From: Candidatus Hodarchaeota archaeon
GTDB taxonomy: Archaea; Asgardarchaeota; Lokiarchaeia; Sigyniarchaeales; SOKP01
DNA: 64,000 nucleotides
Assembly: GCA_048886685.1 (NCBI GenBank)
Contig: JBHLKM010000001.1
Location: 32,001 to 96,000, forward strand
Direction: 5' to 3'
Numbering within the stretch: position 1 is the first letter of the stretch; each line of letters begins with the position of its first letter. The notes below the pieces were generated by a model, which made no database searches, had not been told where the DNA came from, and saw only the letters and a list, made by a program, of their open reading frames with translations. The position numbers and the translations under genes are program-made. Below are positions 9,733-20,715 of this stretch, piece by piece.

Positions 9733-10344
9733 GTGCAATTTCCTTCAATGAATTTAATATTTTTTATTAAATCTGCGACAGTTAATCTCAATAATTATAC
9801 AATTAAGGATGTTCCTGGGTCTTCTGGCAGATTAGATGTGGTTTCAAGGTGTATTCTAGCGGCTATATTAAATGAAGGATATTTTGAAAAGAATATCCAA
9901 ATTTGGATATTTTTAGATAATTACGGTACATTTATTTTTAACCCAGAAATATTGGATTATAGAAATTTCCCAAAAAATGAATTAAAGCTAACAAACTATT
10001 TTGTAAAGTTCCTTTTCAAATCAGATTTAGCAGATAAAGCAAGTAATAATCCACTTAATTCTATCAAAACCTCAAAAATGAGTATTTTGAAGGCAATAAA
10101 GAAATTTCAAAAATTAAATTATAGTATATTTACTTTAAGAGAAGATGGTAAGGACTTCTTAAAACTAAAAAGAAGAATAAAAGAAAAGAGAAATATCTTA
10201 TTTATAATTGGGAGCCAGGAAGATGAATTTCTTAGTTCAAAAAAATTATTAACATTAAAAATACCAGCTATAAGTCTTGGAAATCAATCATATTTAGCAT
10301 CTTCAGTAATTAAGTTGTTGAAATTTCACATTTTATTAATATAA
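9733..10344 (+). CDS. trmY: tRNA (pseudouridine54-N1)-methyltransferase, SPOUT family
   Basis: GRLDVVSRC, PKNE, LREDGKD, FIIG and ISLG..SYLAS motifs. Confidence 0.75.
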   Translation: MQFPSMNLIFFIKSATVNLNNYTIKDVPGSSGRLDVVSRCILAAILNEGYFEKNIQIWIFLDNYGTFIFNPEILDYRNFPKNELKLTNYFVKFLFKSDLADKASNNPLNSIKTSKMSILKAIKKFQKLNYSIFTLREDGKDFLKLKRRIKEKRNILFIIGSQEDEFLSSKKLLTLKIPAISLGNQSYLASSVIKLLKFHILLI

Positions 10345-10415
10345 TAAATTTTTTATTAGAGAGAAATTTTAAAAATATTAATCTAAATTATAGGATTTTA
10401 GGATTCACATAGGAT

Positions 10416-11114
10416 TTGAATGAAATAGAAGATACAAAGAAACGAGCTCGACAAAGAGAGATTTCAACTAGGTACATAGAGCACCCTGTAGAATTTTTTA
10501 TTAAACATAACATTACCCCCAATACAATTTCTTATATAGGATTCCTCTGTTCAATAGTTGCATCATTATTAATAGCTATATTTGGATTGTATTTTTCTTT
10601 ATACCTTTCCTGGATTATTCCTTTTATGATGGGAATAGGAGGTGCTATGGATTTATTTGATGGGGAAGTGGCAAGAAGAACAGAAAGAGAAACTCAAGCT
10701 GGTGCATTCTTAGATTCGAATTTAGATAGGCTTTCTGATGCTATTTGTATTTTGGGTTTAATTTATGGAGGTTTGCTAAACTATTTATTAGGTTATTTAG
10801 TTTTATTCTTAGTTATTATGATTTCTTACATACGTTCTAGAGCTGAAATTGAAGGAGTAAATATGAAAGGAATTGGATTTATGGAACGAGCTGAACGAAT
10901 CTTATTTTTACTTTTCGCTATTATTGGAGAACTAATCTTCTATTTTGTAACATACCTTTCATTTAATAAACCTTTTACATTTACTATCCCTTTTATCACT
11001 AGAGTTCCAGTCACACCAGTTTTTCTTATCAGTATAATAATTTATATTTTTACCTTAATTTATACAGTTCTACAAAGATTTATTTATAGTATTAAGACTT
11101 TAAAATCCGAATGA
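10416..11114 (+). CDS. CDP-alcohol phosphatidyltransferase (archaetidylinositol phosphate synthase-like)
   Basis: TPNTIS and DLFDGEVAR...GAFLDSNLDRLSD signature. Confidence 0.92.
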   Translation: MNEIEDTKKRARQREISTRYIEHPVEFFIKHNITPNTISYIGFLCSIVASLLIAIFGLYFSLYLSWIIPFMMGIGGAMDLFDGEVARRTERETQAGAFLDSNLDRLSDAICILGLIYGGLLNYLLGYLVLFLVIMISYIRSRAEIEGVNMKGIGFMERAERILFLLFAIIGELIFYFVTYLSFNKPFTFTIPFITRVPVTPVFLISIIIYIFTLIYTVLQRFIYSIKTLKSE

Positions 11115-11266
11115 TAACAATATATTACTAAATTCATAAAAATATTTCCTACTTATTCGATTTCGAGATTTATCATAGCTAAGGATAAATTTTTTAAGTT
11201 TTATCCAATTAAATTTCATTAGAAACATTATATAAAACAAAACAAAATAAAAACTAGCTGATTTTT

Positions 11267-11539
11267 ATTCCTAAAAAAAGAAAAAGCGGGGGAAAAAGCG
11301 GAAGCCGGAAGGGCCAGGACTATAAAGTTCAATGCTATAAATGTGGTCGATTTGTTGCTCGTAGTAAAGCTAAAGCTATTACAAGAAGAACATCTTTAGT
11401 TGATGGTAGGATGTTTGCTGAATTGAAAAAAGCAGGAACTATAATACAATCATCATCTACAACCAAGTACTATTGTATCAGCTGTGCAATTCACAGTCAT
11501 CAGATAAGCCAACGAGACAAAAGTTTAAGGAAAGATTAA
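11267..11539 (+). CDS. rps26e: Ribosomal protein eS26 (S26e), missed by the ORF track; ATT start (or CTG at 11258)
   Basis: Translates as (M)PKKRKSGGKSG...VQCYKCGRFVARSKA...YCISCAIHSH...*; in-frame TAG at 11255 and no ATG/GTG/TTG at the start. Confidence 0.92.
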   Translation: MPKKRKSGGKSGSRKGQDYKVQCYKCGRFVARSKAKAITRRTSLVDGRMFAELKKAGTIIQSSSTTKYYCISCAIHSHQISQRDKSLRKD

Positions 11540-11587
11540 CAGATTTCAATTTAACTTCACTTTTTATAGCTTTAACAAAAAATTCTG

Positions 11588-13579
11588 TTACAAGTTCAAC
11601 TGTTTAAAGAAAGATGGGAGAGTATAATTAATCCTAACTTGATCAATTTTAGTAGTTTCGATAATAGCACGGATTAAATAATCATTTTTCAAGTCCTCAT
11701 CAGGTTCATAAATTTTTACTTTAGCTGTCGGTTTTATTCTGAGCGTATAGTTTTCCGCTATTCCAGTAATATTTTCGTTTGTCTGTACGAGAATCCCTAA
11801 TAAACCTAATTCATAATGAGACACTATAAAAAGTATTTGGTTTTGATCACTAAGGCTTTTTTCAAAATAGACTACTTCTAAAAAATCTTCTTTAAGTTCT
11901 TTAGGTAATTTTGAAAATGGAATAATTCTCTTCTTACCTGTGATATACGGGAAAGGAGTATAAAACAACAGATTAAAGCTTGAGATTTTCTTTATTTGTT
12001 CATTATATTTTTCCACATCTTTAATTGAATAAGCTTTATCTAGTAAAAGATCCAACTTATCAACCATATCTTCTGCTGAATAACCGTCTAATACAGTGGC
12101 AATATATGATCTCTTGAGTTTTTCAATTAATATCTCACTTTTTAAGGTTAATTTATAATCAATAGAAACTTCTAAGGCTTGATTATATAAATTAGCCGCA
12201 ATTTGGGAATGTCCTAAAGCTAAGAAGTAATCACCTAGTTCACTAAATACTATGATAGCATCAAGAAAATTTTCGTCTAAATCCATTGTTGATATTTCTT
12301 CCATGATAGACATAGCAGTGTCCCTATCCTGCCCTTCTATATACAGTGCAATAGCTTTTCCTAATAAACATTTTAATTTCAATTTATCATCCTCGTAAAT
12401 TTCTGCCAATTCTTCAGTAAAGTTATATTGCATTATTGCATTTTTGTATAATCCGTGAAATATATATATTAAAGCTTTTAAATAATTTAGAGTTAAACAA
12501 GTTTTATGATTATGGATAATTGTGGAGAATAATGCAGCTCTTTCAAGTGAACTAATAGCCGAATTTACCCTACCTAGAGATACCAACAAATATGCTCTTA
12601 AAAATTCCATTTTACTGATCTCTGAGCAGATCAGTTGCTGGATAATCTCATAATCTTTCCTTTGTGTTAATTGTCCTGAAGCAACTTGAAGTAGTGATAT
12701 TAAAAACTCATTCCCTTTTTTTAAAAATTTCACAGCTTCTTTCGAATTACTTCGAATAATTGCCTTTCTTGCTCTTGAAACATATTCTCTAGAAATTTTT
12801 AAATTCTCAAGGAATTTTATAATACCCAGTACCTTGTCCTCCTCACTCTTGGGGATGTTTTGGTTCGAGATATACTTTTCAGCAATACTTATCTCGTCTA
12901 AATACCTCGAGGCGCCGATTTCAAATTTCATACCGACATCTGGGTTCTCTAATTCAACATCTTGGGTTAAAATCGAGTCTTCAGTTACAGTAATTGCTTT
13001 TTCAATTAGCCAAGTAATTTTTTTTTCGGCAGGATAGGTTTTAGAGCGTTCAATCATATAGGATAATGTATAATTAAGACTTCTCTTCCAAATATCTTTG
13101 AAATATTTTCTCATTTGAGAATTAGTGGTAGTTCTTTGTATCTTTAGGAGGAAACTCGAAAGAGATAATATATTAATTCTACCTTTGTAAAGTAAGCTAG
13201 TATTTTTTACAAGCTTAAAATCGTCTGTAATAAGGTGAATTGGAAAAGATTTTCCCTTATCTATTAAAGTTTTTGCAATGTAAACTAACGAAAGATCTGG
13301 GTCTTGAGCAGGAAATCTTACATTATATGGAATGAGATCATTCTTTATGCTGTCAATCTCTATGGGTAATATCTCTTGTACATTTAAAATTTGGCGTAAT
13401 TTATCTTTATATGTATGTGGGGCTTTTATTTCATGAAATACTACCTCAGAGATATAATATTCATAACCTAGCTCTTTTGCTGCTTTTTCTAAATTTCCTA
13501 AAATATTTCGTGCTCTAATTTGAAGCATACAAATAAAGAAATTAGCATCAAATACCAAGTATTCTTTTTTGTTGTGCAT
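11588..13579 (-). CDS. N-terminal PIN-like nuclease domain fused to TPR-like helical repeats
   Basis: VFDANF...VFHEI...DPDLSLV...LITDD acidic PIN pattern, followed by TPR-like helices. Confidence 0.65.
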   Translation of the reverse strand: MHNKKEYLVFDANFFICMLQIRARNILGNLEKAAKELGYEYYISEVVFHEIKAPHTYKDKLRQILNVQEILPIEIDSIKNDLIPYNVRFPAQDPDLSLVYIAKTLIDKGKSFPIHLITDDFKLVKNTSLLYKGRINILSLSSFLLKIQRTTTNSQMRKYFKDIWKRSLNYTLSYMIERSKTYPAEKKITWLIEKAITVTEDSILTQDVELENPDVGMKFEIGASRYLDEISIAEKYISNQNIPKSEEDKVLGIIKFLENLKISREYVSRARKAIIRSNSKEAVKFLKKGNEFLISLLQVASGQLTQRKDYEIIQQLICSEISKMEFLRAYLLVSLGRVNSAISSLERAALFSTIIHNHKTCLTLNYLKALIYIFHGLYKNAIMQYNFTEELAEIYEDDKLKLKCLLGKAIALYIEGQDRDTAMSIMEEISTMDLDENFLDAIIVFSELGDYFLALGHSQIAANLYNQALEVSIDYKLTLKSEILIEKLKRSYIATVLDGYSAEDMVDKLDLLLDKAYSIKDVEKYNEQIKKISSFNLLFYTPFPYITGKKRIIPFSKLPKELKEDFLEVVYFEKSLSDQNQILFIVSHYELGLLGILVQTNENITGIAENYTLRIKPTAKVKIYEPDEDLKNDYLIRAIIETTKIDQVRINYTLPSFFKQLNL

Positions 13580-13722
13580 CGATGTTCAATAGTATTTTAA
13601 TTCTACATAAATATCTTAATTAAATATATATTAAATAGTAAAATATTACAATATTATTTTATTGCTAAGAATAAAAAGAATTAAGAAAACTTGATTTTTA
13701 GTAGCAGACTGAAATTAAAAGT

Positions 13723-14238
13723 GTGATGATTATTAGAATTATTGATGTTATAGGATATTCTGGGTCGGGGAAGACATATTTTATTATGAACGCGATAAAA
13801 ATGTTCAAAATCAAGCTAGGATATAACGTTGCTGTAATTAAAAATGTTAAGCATCATCAAATTGACGCAAAAGGAAAGGATTCCCGTATTTTCACGGAAT
13901 CTGGAGCATCTTATTCAATAATTCAAAACCTCAATAAAGAAATGGCTATCTTTTTAAACTCAAAAGAGGTTAGATTAGAAGATTTCATTAAGTGGTTGAA
14001 TCAGGGTCCTCATGAAATTGATATAATATTTTTTGAAGGATTTAGGAATTTGAACCACTCCACAGTGTTGTGTATCAGTAAAATAAGTGAGATTGAATCT
14101 CAATTAACAGACAACGTAAAAATGATTTCTGGAACTATATGTGAAACCAAAGTTATTGAAAATATAAATTTGGACATACCTATTGTTAATATAGAAGAGG
14201 ATTTTCAGAAATTTTTAGAAATTTTTAAAATAACATAA
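13723..14238 (+). CDS. mobB: Molybdopterin-guanine dinucleotide biosynthesis protein B
   Basis: GYSGSGKT, AVIK, GKDS...SGA and DIIFFEGF motifs. Confidence 0.85.
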   Translation: MMIIRIIDVIGYSGSGKTYFIMNAIKMFKIKLGYNVAVIKNVKHHQIDAKGKDSRIFTESGASYSIIQNLNKEMAIFLNSKEVRLEDFIKWLNQGPHEIDIIFFEGFRNLNHSTVLCISKISEIESQLTDNVKMISGTICETKVIENINLDIPIVNIEEDFQKFLEIFKIT

Positions 14239-14240
14239 GG

Positions 14241-16163
14241 TTACTCAAATTTTTTCCAAAATGGGGCAATTTGTTGACAAACAAACTTAATTTCTTTTAT
14301 TATTTGTTCATCTTGAATACCTGAAGTAAAATATTTACTCAATTTTTCGTATACTTCAATTTGATTTAAGGAACTAACAGTATTTCTAATATTTAATATA
14401 AAATTATTTAATGGAACAATAATGTCAAATATTAGCCATTCTTCAAAAAAGGGTTGATCTGAGAATGATTGGATATTATAAGTGATCATAATTTGTGTTA
14501 GCTCTTCATCAGAGTAAAAATGATCATCTGATATCACAATGTTATACTTTTCCATTTCTTTTTTAAGATATTCTTTGTTTAAACTGATTATGTAGTCAGG
14601 CCAAACGTCATCTGAGTAGTTAATATCTTGGAAAACAAATAATTCTAATACCCTTAAAGCAATATTTTTCCCAATATAACGACTCCTTGGATCAATAAAG
14701 TTCGGAGAGGCATCATCTGGATTAGATCTGAGAAAAATTTTGTCTATTAAAACATAAAGAATTCTACATATATGGTCAACTATTTTATTGAATGAAAAAG
14801 GTATATTTTTAGGACTTTCTAAAAGGATGGTATTTTCTTTATCGAGTTTCATTGAAAAATCTGTGTTAAAGCTCTTGAGAAAAGTCTTAAAAAAGCCATA
14901 ATTAAGCTCTGAAATATTCTTATTAAATAATCTACGGAAAAAAAGATCAATGTTTTCGATATTTGAGAGAGTAGAGAAGAAGTTGAGAAATTCTTTAATA
15001 TTATTAATCGAATTAGCACTTATGACATCTTCGTTATTCTTATTATATAAGTCTAGATTAGTTTTAAACATCTCAGGTAAGAAAAGCAAATCTCCTACTT
15101 CTAATGCTTCTAAACCACTTCCAAAATAATATTTCATATATAGAAAAAATAAGTTTAATTGAGATTTTTGAGATGGCAGATTATTCGCTTGAAATGTTGA
15201 ATAAAGTGTTGATTTTTTATCAAGATATTCAAAAAATTTAATTATAGAATTCTTTTTAGTATCACTATAATCATCCAGATTGGTTAAAAATCCTTTCTTA
15301 ATAATATCGATTTTAGAAAAAACAGAATCCTCCACTCTAGATCCTACAAAATTAAAGAAGTCTAATAATGGTGAAAAACTTTGTAATAGAATGCATTTCT
15401 TATAAAAATAATAAAGTAAATCAACCAATTTCTCCTTAGCATACGTATATTCATCTAAAGCTATTTGATATAATTTTTCTCTTCCTTCTAGTAATGTGTT
15501 ATAATAATTTTCAGGGATGCCTTTAAATTGTCTTAAGAAGTAATAAAGAACCATGTTATAATATTTGCGGAAAATTTCATCCTTGCTATCCTTTATGATA
15601 ATCATAAAATTTAGAGTTTCAGTATTATTGCCTTTCTCTACTTTAACACCATCAAGTAAAATAAAGACTCTTTCTTGAATTGTCTTTCTGACTACTATTC
15701 CTAAGATTCTAACAAGGAAATAAAAGTAACCTGTAGGAAGCGTAAATCCATTAAGCAGTTTACCCTCAAATTCTTTTGAGGTTTTATTAAAATAATCGAT
15801 TTCTTCAGATGATAAGAGATAATTGTATTCAAAAAATAAAATTTTTTCAGAGATTTTTTCTTTTATGTTTAATTTTAATGAGCTTTCGTTAAATCCGAAA
15901 AAAATATGGAGAAAATTTTGAAATAAATCATTAAAATTTTCATAGAAAAAGGTTGTAAAGGTTTTCTTTATTATTCTTTTTTGGTTCTTATGAATAAATT
16001 CATCCCATCTTAGCCTAATTTCATTTTGAAACTCTTCATATTTCTCTTTTTTCCTTTCTAAGATTTCAAAAAACACATTTGTCTCAAATTTAAGACTAAA
16101 ATCTTGACCCTTAATTCTCTTTTCCAAGAAATTTAAGTTATCGCTTAGTTCTTTGTTAATCAA
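14241..16163 (-). CDS. Hypothetical protein, 640 aa
   Basis: Long open frame with host-like codon use; no motif recognised. Confidence 0.7.
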   Translation of the reverse strand: MINKELSDNLNFLEKRIKGQDFSLKFETNVFFEILERKKEKYEEFQNEIRLRWDEFIHKNQKRIIKKTFTTFFYENFNDLFQNFLHIFFGFNESSLKLNIKEKISEKILFFEYNYLLSSEEIDYFNKTSKEFEGKLLNGFTLPTGYFYFLVRILGIVVRKTIQERVFILLDGVKVEKGNNTETLNFMIIIKDSKDEIFRKYYNMVLYYFLRQFKGIPENYYNTLLEGREKLYQIALDEYTYAKEKLVDLLYYFYKKCILLQSFSPLLDFFNFVGSRVEDSVFSKIDIIKKGFLTNLDDYSDTKKNSIIKFFEYLDKKSTLYSTFQANNLPSQKSQLNLFFLYMKYYFGSGLEALEVGDLLFLPEMFKTNLDLYNKNNEDVISANSINNIKEFLNFFSTLSNIENIDLFFRRLFNKNISELNYGFFKTFLKSFNTDFSMKLDKENTILLESPKNIPFSFNKIVDHICRILYVLIDKIFLRSNPDDASPNFIDPRSRYIGKNIALRVLELFVFQDINYSDDVWPDYIISLNKEYLKKEMEKYNIVISDDHFYSDEELTQIMITYNIQSFSDQPFFEEWLIFDIIVPLNNFILNIRNTVSSLNQIEVYEKLSKYFTSGIQDEQIIKEIKFVCQQIAPFWKKFE

Positions 16164-16314
16164 GCTTAATCAATAATTTATTCAATCTTAACATATATTC
16201 AAAACAATAAAACCCTAAAAAAATAAGGTAAGTTATTAATAAAATAAAAACATGAAAATAAAAATATTGGTTAACTAATAGAATTGTGCAAGAATATGTC
16301 TAATTTGTTATAAT

Positions 16315-17343
16315 TTAAAAAATTTTTGTTATCTCATCAGTTTCTGAATAGAATAAAGGACGTACCTTTCCATCATTCTCTTTAATAGTCAAACCTTTCT
16401 CCTTTTCGACGAAGTGACCAATTTTTTCAGTATTAATTTTATTTTTCTTTAATAAATCAATCAATTCCTCACTTAAATCATCGTCTATAGCAATTAAGAG
16501 TGATCCTGATGAAATTGTTCCCATTGGGTCCAAACCATAAATTTTACTTAATATTAAAGGTTCTGGGAGAATGCAAACATTTTCTCTCTCAATTACTATT
16601 CCAGTATTAGATGCAATAGCCATTTCAGCGAGACCCGTAGCAAGTCCTCCTTCTGTTGGATCATGAAATGATTTAATTCTAAAGCGACTGTTAGCCAATA
16701 TCGCTTCTTTAAATACACTAATGCCCGGTTCATATAGGTAATTCTTACATTTTTCTATAAAAGTTGATGTATATCCCTTTTCTTTTAACTCACTTCCTTT
16801 TTCACGACTAATTATTGAAGTCCCCTCAATAAATATACCTTTTGTGAGAATTATTGCATCTCCTGGTTCTGCTCCAGACGTTCGAACGAGTTTTTCTTTT
16901 TTAACCTCTCCTAGTAAAGAACCAATTACTATTGGTCTATTAAGCTTAGGTGTAACCTCTGTATGTCCTCCAATTACGGCAATTCCCAAAGATTTACAAG
17001 AATCAGAAATGTCTTTAAATATATTAGCAATAAGGCTTTCTGTTGTATTTTCTTGAGGTAGTAAAATTGTTGCTTGAAACCATTTAGGTTTGGCTCCAGT
17101 ACAAACAACATCATTAACATTAACATTTACTACATAATACCCAATTTGATCAGTAGCAAAAGTAATAGGATCAGTTTTAGCAACTAAATAATTTTTCCCG
17201 GGTATGTCAATGACAGCGGCATCTTCTCCAATTTTAGAGCCTAGTATTACTCTATCGTCATTAATTTCTAAATCCGAAAGTAATTTAACTAAATACTCAT
17301 GTTTAAGCTTCCCAAGGGCAAATCTTTTACTATCTCTTCTCAT
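16315..17343 (-). CDS. AIR synthase-related (PurM/HypE-like) family protein
   Basis: GEDAAV, KTDPITF, NVND, GGHTE and HDPTEGG motifs. Confidence 0.85.
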   Translation of the reverse strand: MRRDSKRFALGKLKHEYLVKLLSDLEINDDRVILGSKIGEDAAVIDIPGKNYLVAKTDPITFATDQIGYYVVNVNVNDVVCTGAKPKWFQATILLPQENTTESLIANIFKDISDSCKSLGIAVIGGHTEVTPKLNRPIVIGSLLGEVKKEKLVRTSGAEPGDAIILTKGIFIEGTSIISREKGSELKEKGYTSTFIEKCKNYLYEPGISVFKEAILANSRFRIKSFHDPTEGGLATGLAEMAIASNTGIVIERENVCILPEPLILSKIYGLDPMGTISSGSLLIAIDDDLSEELIDLLKKNKINTEKIGHFVEKEKGLTIKENDGKVRPLFYSETDEITKIF

Positions 17344-17709
17344 TAATTTGTCATTATAATAAGAGAAGATAAATATTTAAATTTTGGAGGTGTCATTTCA
17401 AATTTTTGAATCTTCTATTTAGTTCTTCTAAAAAATAAAAGATTGTTTTTATATCTTCTTTGGGAGTGTAGGGATAATAAAGTTGATTTTTAATACGATA
17501 AGCTGTTTATCCAAATAGAAATTTAAGAAAAATTTGAAAAAGTTGATAATTAAATCTTTGATTTATCAAGACATCGAATCTATATTTCAAAAAGTGTGAA
17601 TTTTTATTTTGTCTTTCACTAAAATTTAAAAATAAATTTCATTTATATCATAATAAAATGCATTCATAATCAAAGATAGATAATAGAAAAGTTTATTGAA
17701 AAAAAGAGT

Positions 17710-18291
17710 TTGAAAAAAATGGGATTTGGAAAATCATTTTTATTAAGTTTAGTGGCTTTTGTTGGATTAAATTTTATATTTGTAATCTTATATTTTGCAA
17801 TAGATCAAGATTCAGGGGGATTCGATTCCTTGATGACCACAATTGAAGATGCTCCTCTAATGATTATTTTTTATCTTTTCGGTTCAGTTGCTAGTACACC
17901 ATTTATTAATTTGGATGGGGCAATAGCTCAGCCTCTATTTAACGGAGATACAGCCTTTTTGATACTCAGTTTAGGGTATCTAGCTGCACCGATAATCGCA
18001 GCGATTCTTGCTGGAAAATTTGCTGAAAGTAAATTTCAAGGTTTTACAGGATGGATGTTAACTGTTATTGTCAGCACGGTCACAGTGGTAGTTGGAGTGT
18101 TTTTAAGTCAAACGATGCTAAATACTCTTAAATCGTCTACTTATTTCGTATATTTTAATACATATTTTCCATCGTTATTATTGTCGGGTGGTTTTGAAGA
18201 GGTTTTAATATATTTAATCATCAGTTGTGTTGTAAATATTGGCTTCTACAGCTTTTTCGCGTTTCTATTATCAAAAACAGAATATTATTAA
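17710..18291 (+). CDS. Hypothetical multi-pass membrane protein
   Basis: Four to five hydrophobic segments. Confidence 0.7.
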   Translation: MKKMGFGKSFLLSLVAFVGLNFIFVILYFAIDQDSGGFDSLMTTIEDAPLMIIFYLFGSVASTPFINLDGAIAQPLFNGDTAFLILSLGYLAAPIIAAILAGKFAESKFQGFTGWMLTVIVSTVTVVVGVFLSQTMLNTLKSSTYFVYFNTYFPSLLLSGGFEEVLIYLIISCVVNIGFYSFFAFLLSKTEYY

Positions 18292-18505
18292 ATCCAATCA
18301 ATCATTAAATTTCAATTTATTTTCTTTATTTCTTTCCAATAAAATAAAATTCGAATTGGTTTACTTATTGAATTTAAAAGAGTTTTTTTTTATAATCAAG
18401 TGTTGATCCAGAATAGGTCTGAAAAAACTAAATTTTTAATTCAATTTACAATTAGACTACACATACTTATTTAAGGAAAAAAATGTTTTATTTGGGGAAT
18501 GTATA

Positions 18506-19960
18506 ATGGCAAGACCAAGTCCACTAGAAATTTATGCACTTTTAGATAAAAGTAATTGTAAAGAGTGTGGATACGATACATGCATGGCTTTTGCGACAGA
18601 TATATTGGAAAGGAAAGTTATTGTTCAAGATTGCTCACATCTAATGCAAGATCCCAAGCAGGCAAAGAATCGAGAGAAATTGATAATCCTAATAACGCCA
18701 CCTCAGAAACCTATAACTGTTGGCATAGGTGATAGAGTTGCCATAATCGGGGGTGAGGAAGTCCTCTACCGTCATCAATTAACTTTTTATAACCAGACAG
18801 CAATTTTTATAGAAATCCCAGATGATGATGGTGATTTAGAGGAAACTGTTAGATATCTCACAGATCTTAAGATAGAACGGATTGGTGATGTACTTACTCT
18901 AGATGGCATTGCATTAAGAAACGTATCTGGAGATAAGGAACAATTCAAATTAGCTGCAAGTAAAGTTGCAGAACTCTCAAATCTTCCAATTATGTTATGT
19001 ACTTTTAACGTCGACATTTTGCTATACGCTGCGGAAGCAATTAAAGACAAAAGACCATTGTTATATGGAGCCACAAAGGATTCTTGGGAACAAATTGGCA
19101 AGTTTGCTGTGCAAAATAATTTACCTATAGCTGTTTTTTCAAATGAATTAGATGAATTAATGTCCCTAAGTGCGACATTGCAGAAACTAGGAGTTAAAGA
19201 AATGATACTGGATTCAGGAACGTTTTTTGGTCCTGGCAATCTATCAACAACATATGACAAGATTATGCAGTTAAGAACTGCTGCTATCGATAAAGAGGAC
19301 GTCAACGCTGGATGGCCAATTATGGGTGTTCCTGCGGTTTATTGGAATCAAGTTAAAATTGGGAATGATAAGGAGCTTTGGGAACATCAATTCCAAGAAA
19401 TAATCATGGGTGCAATTATGGAATCTATAGATACGAATTTAATAGTTTTACACACAGGGCAGAAAAAAGAAGAAATCTGGGCACTTTTAGCTCTGATGAC
19501 CTTGCGTCAGAGTGTATTTTCTGATCCAAGAATTTACCCTGCAGTGGATGCTGGTATTTATAAAATCGGAGAACCCGATGATATGGCTCCTATTTTTGTA
19601 ACAAGCAATTATAGAATGACAAAAATTCCAGTAGAGCAGGATTTACAGGGAGCAAATCTAAATTGCTGGCTTTTAGTGGTTGATACAGAGGGAATAGGGA
19701 TAGAAAGTGCGGTAGCTGGTGGTCAATTCAACGCGGGGGGAATAGCTGAAGCTGTTAAGGAATTTAAAGCTTTTGATAACGTAAAACACCGAATTTTAGT
19801 TATTCCCGGAATGGCAGCTCGATTAAGCGGAGCCTTAGAAGATGAAGCTGACGCATATGTTGTTGTTGGCCCTCGTGACAGTTCAGGCATTCCAAAATTT
19901 ATGGATACACAATGGAAGCCAAAAGAATTTATGAAAGAATACGAGTCCTGGGAGAAATAG
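18506..19960 (+). CDS. cdhE: Corrinoid iron-sulfur protein large subunit (ACDS gamma)
   Basis: N-terminal NCKECGYDTCMAFA Fe-S motif, GGEEVLYRH, SDPR and VVVGPRDSS. Confidence 0.92.
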   Translation: MARPSPLEIYALLDKSNCKECGYDTCMAFATDILERKVIVQDCSHLMQDPKQAKNREKLIILITPPQKPITVGIGDRVAIIGGEEVLYRHQLTFYNQTAIFIEIPDDDGDLEETVRYLTDLKIERIGDVLTLDGIALRNVSGDKEQFKLAASKVAELSNLPIMLCTFNVDILLYAAEAIKDKRPLLYGATKDSWEQIGKFAVQNNLPIAVFSNELDELMSLSATLQKLGVKEMILDSGTFFGPGNLSTTYDKIMQLRTAAIDKEDVNAGWPIMGVPAVYWNQVKIGNDKELWEHQFQEIIMGAIMESIDTNLIVLHTGQKKEEIWALLALMTLRQSVFSDPRIYPAVDAGIYKIGEPDDMAPIFVTSNYRMTKIPVEQDLQGANLNCWLLVVDTEGIGIESAVAGGQFNAGGIAEAVKEFKAFDNVKHRILVIPGMAARLSGALEDEADAYVVVGPRDSSGIPKFMDTQWKPKEFMKEYESWEK

Positions 19961-20013
19961 AGATTTCTATTCTTTTTTTTATCTTTTTTTATTATCAAGT
20001 TATTACTTTAATC

Positions 20014-20682
20014 TTAAATTTTACATAGTGAATAAATCATATCAAGTGTAATTTTTTTAACTTTTTTTACAATTAGAGTTAATATCTCATTTTCTCTCGC
20101 TTTTTTTAATTGGGATGCTGTGTGAAAACCGGTTAATACTCCAATAAATGGACATCCTAGAAATTTTGCGAGCATCGCATCCTTAGGATGATCTCCAATA
20201 ATTAAAAATTTAGATTTTGGATACTTTTTTGATAAGATTTGTATTAGATTTGGGTCTAATTTACTTTTTATGATTTCAGTTTCTCCTAAAATGTAATCAA
20301 AAAATCTATCAATTTTTAAATGCTCTGCAATTTGTACTGCAATACTTTGCTTTTTTGATGTTATTACACCTAAAGTAAAATTATGGAGTTTTAATTGCAT
20401 CAGTTTATTTTTTACTCCTGACAATAATTTAGATTGGTAGATTCCTTTAGTTCTATAATATTCTCGAAATGCAAAGGATAATTTTGAGGTATTTAGATCA
20501 GTAAATCTTGTGAACATATCATCTAAAGGAAGTCCTATCATATGTTGAATGATAGTTTTATTTACTTCAGGCAGACCAAATTTCCTTAAAGCATAATTAA
20601 ATGAATTAACAATACCTTTCCTATTATTTATTAGTGTATAATCTAAATCAAAACTTATAACAATTTCTTCTCGTGCTACCAT
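20014..20682 (-). CDS. HAD-superfamily phosphatase (phosphoglycolate phosphatase-like)
   Basis: FDLDYTL, ITSK and IGDHPKD motifs. Confidence 0.85.
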   Translation of the reverse strand: MVAREEIVISFDLDYTLINNRKGIVNSFNYALRKFGLPEVNKTIIQHMIGLPLDDMFTRFTDLNTSKLSFAFREYYRTKGIYQSKLLSGVKNKLMQLKLHNFTLGVITSKKQSIAVQIAEHLKIDRFFDYILGETEIIKSKLDPNLIQILSKKYPKSKFLIIGDHPKDAMLAKFLGCPFIGVLTGFHTASQLKKARENEILTLIVKKVKKITLDMIYSLCKI

Positions 20683-20715
20683 TAATAATTATAAAAAGTA
20701 AAAATAAAAGAAAAA

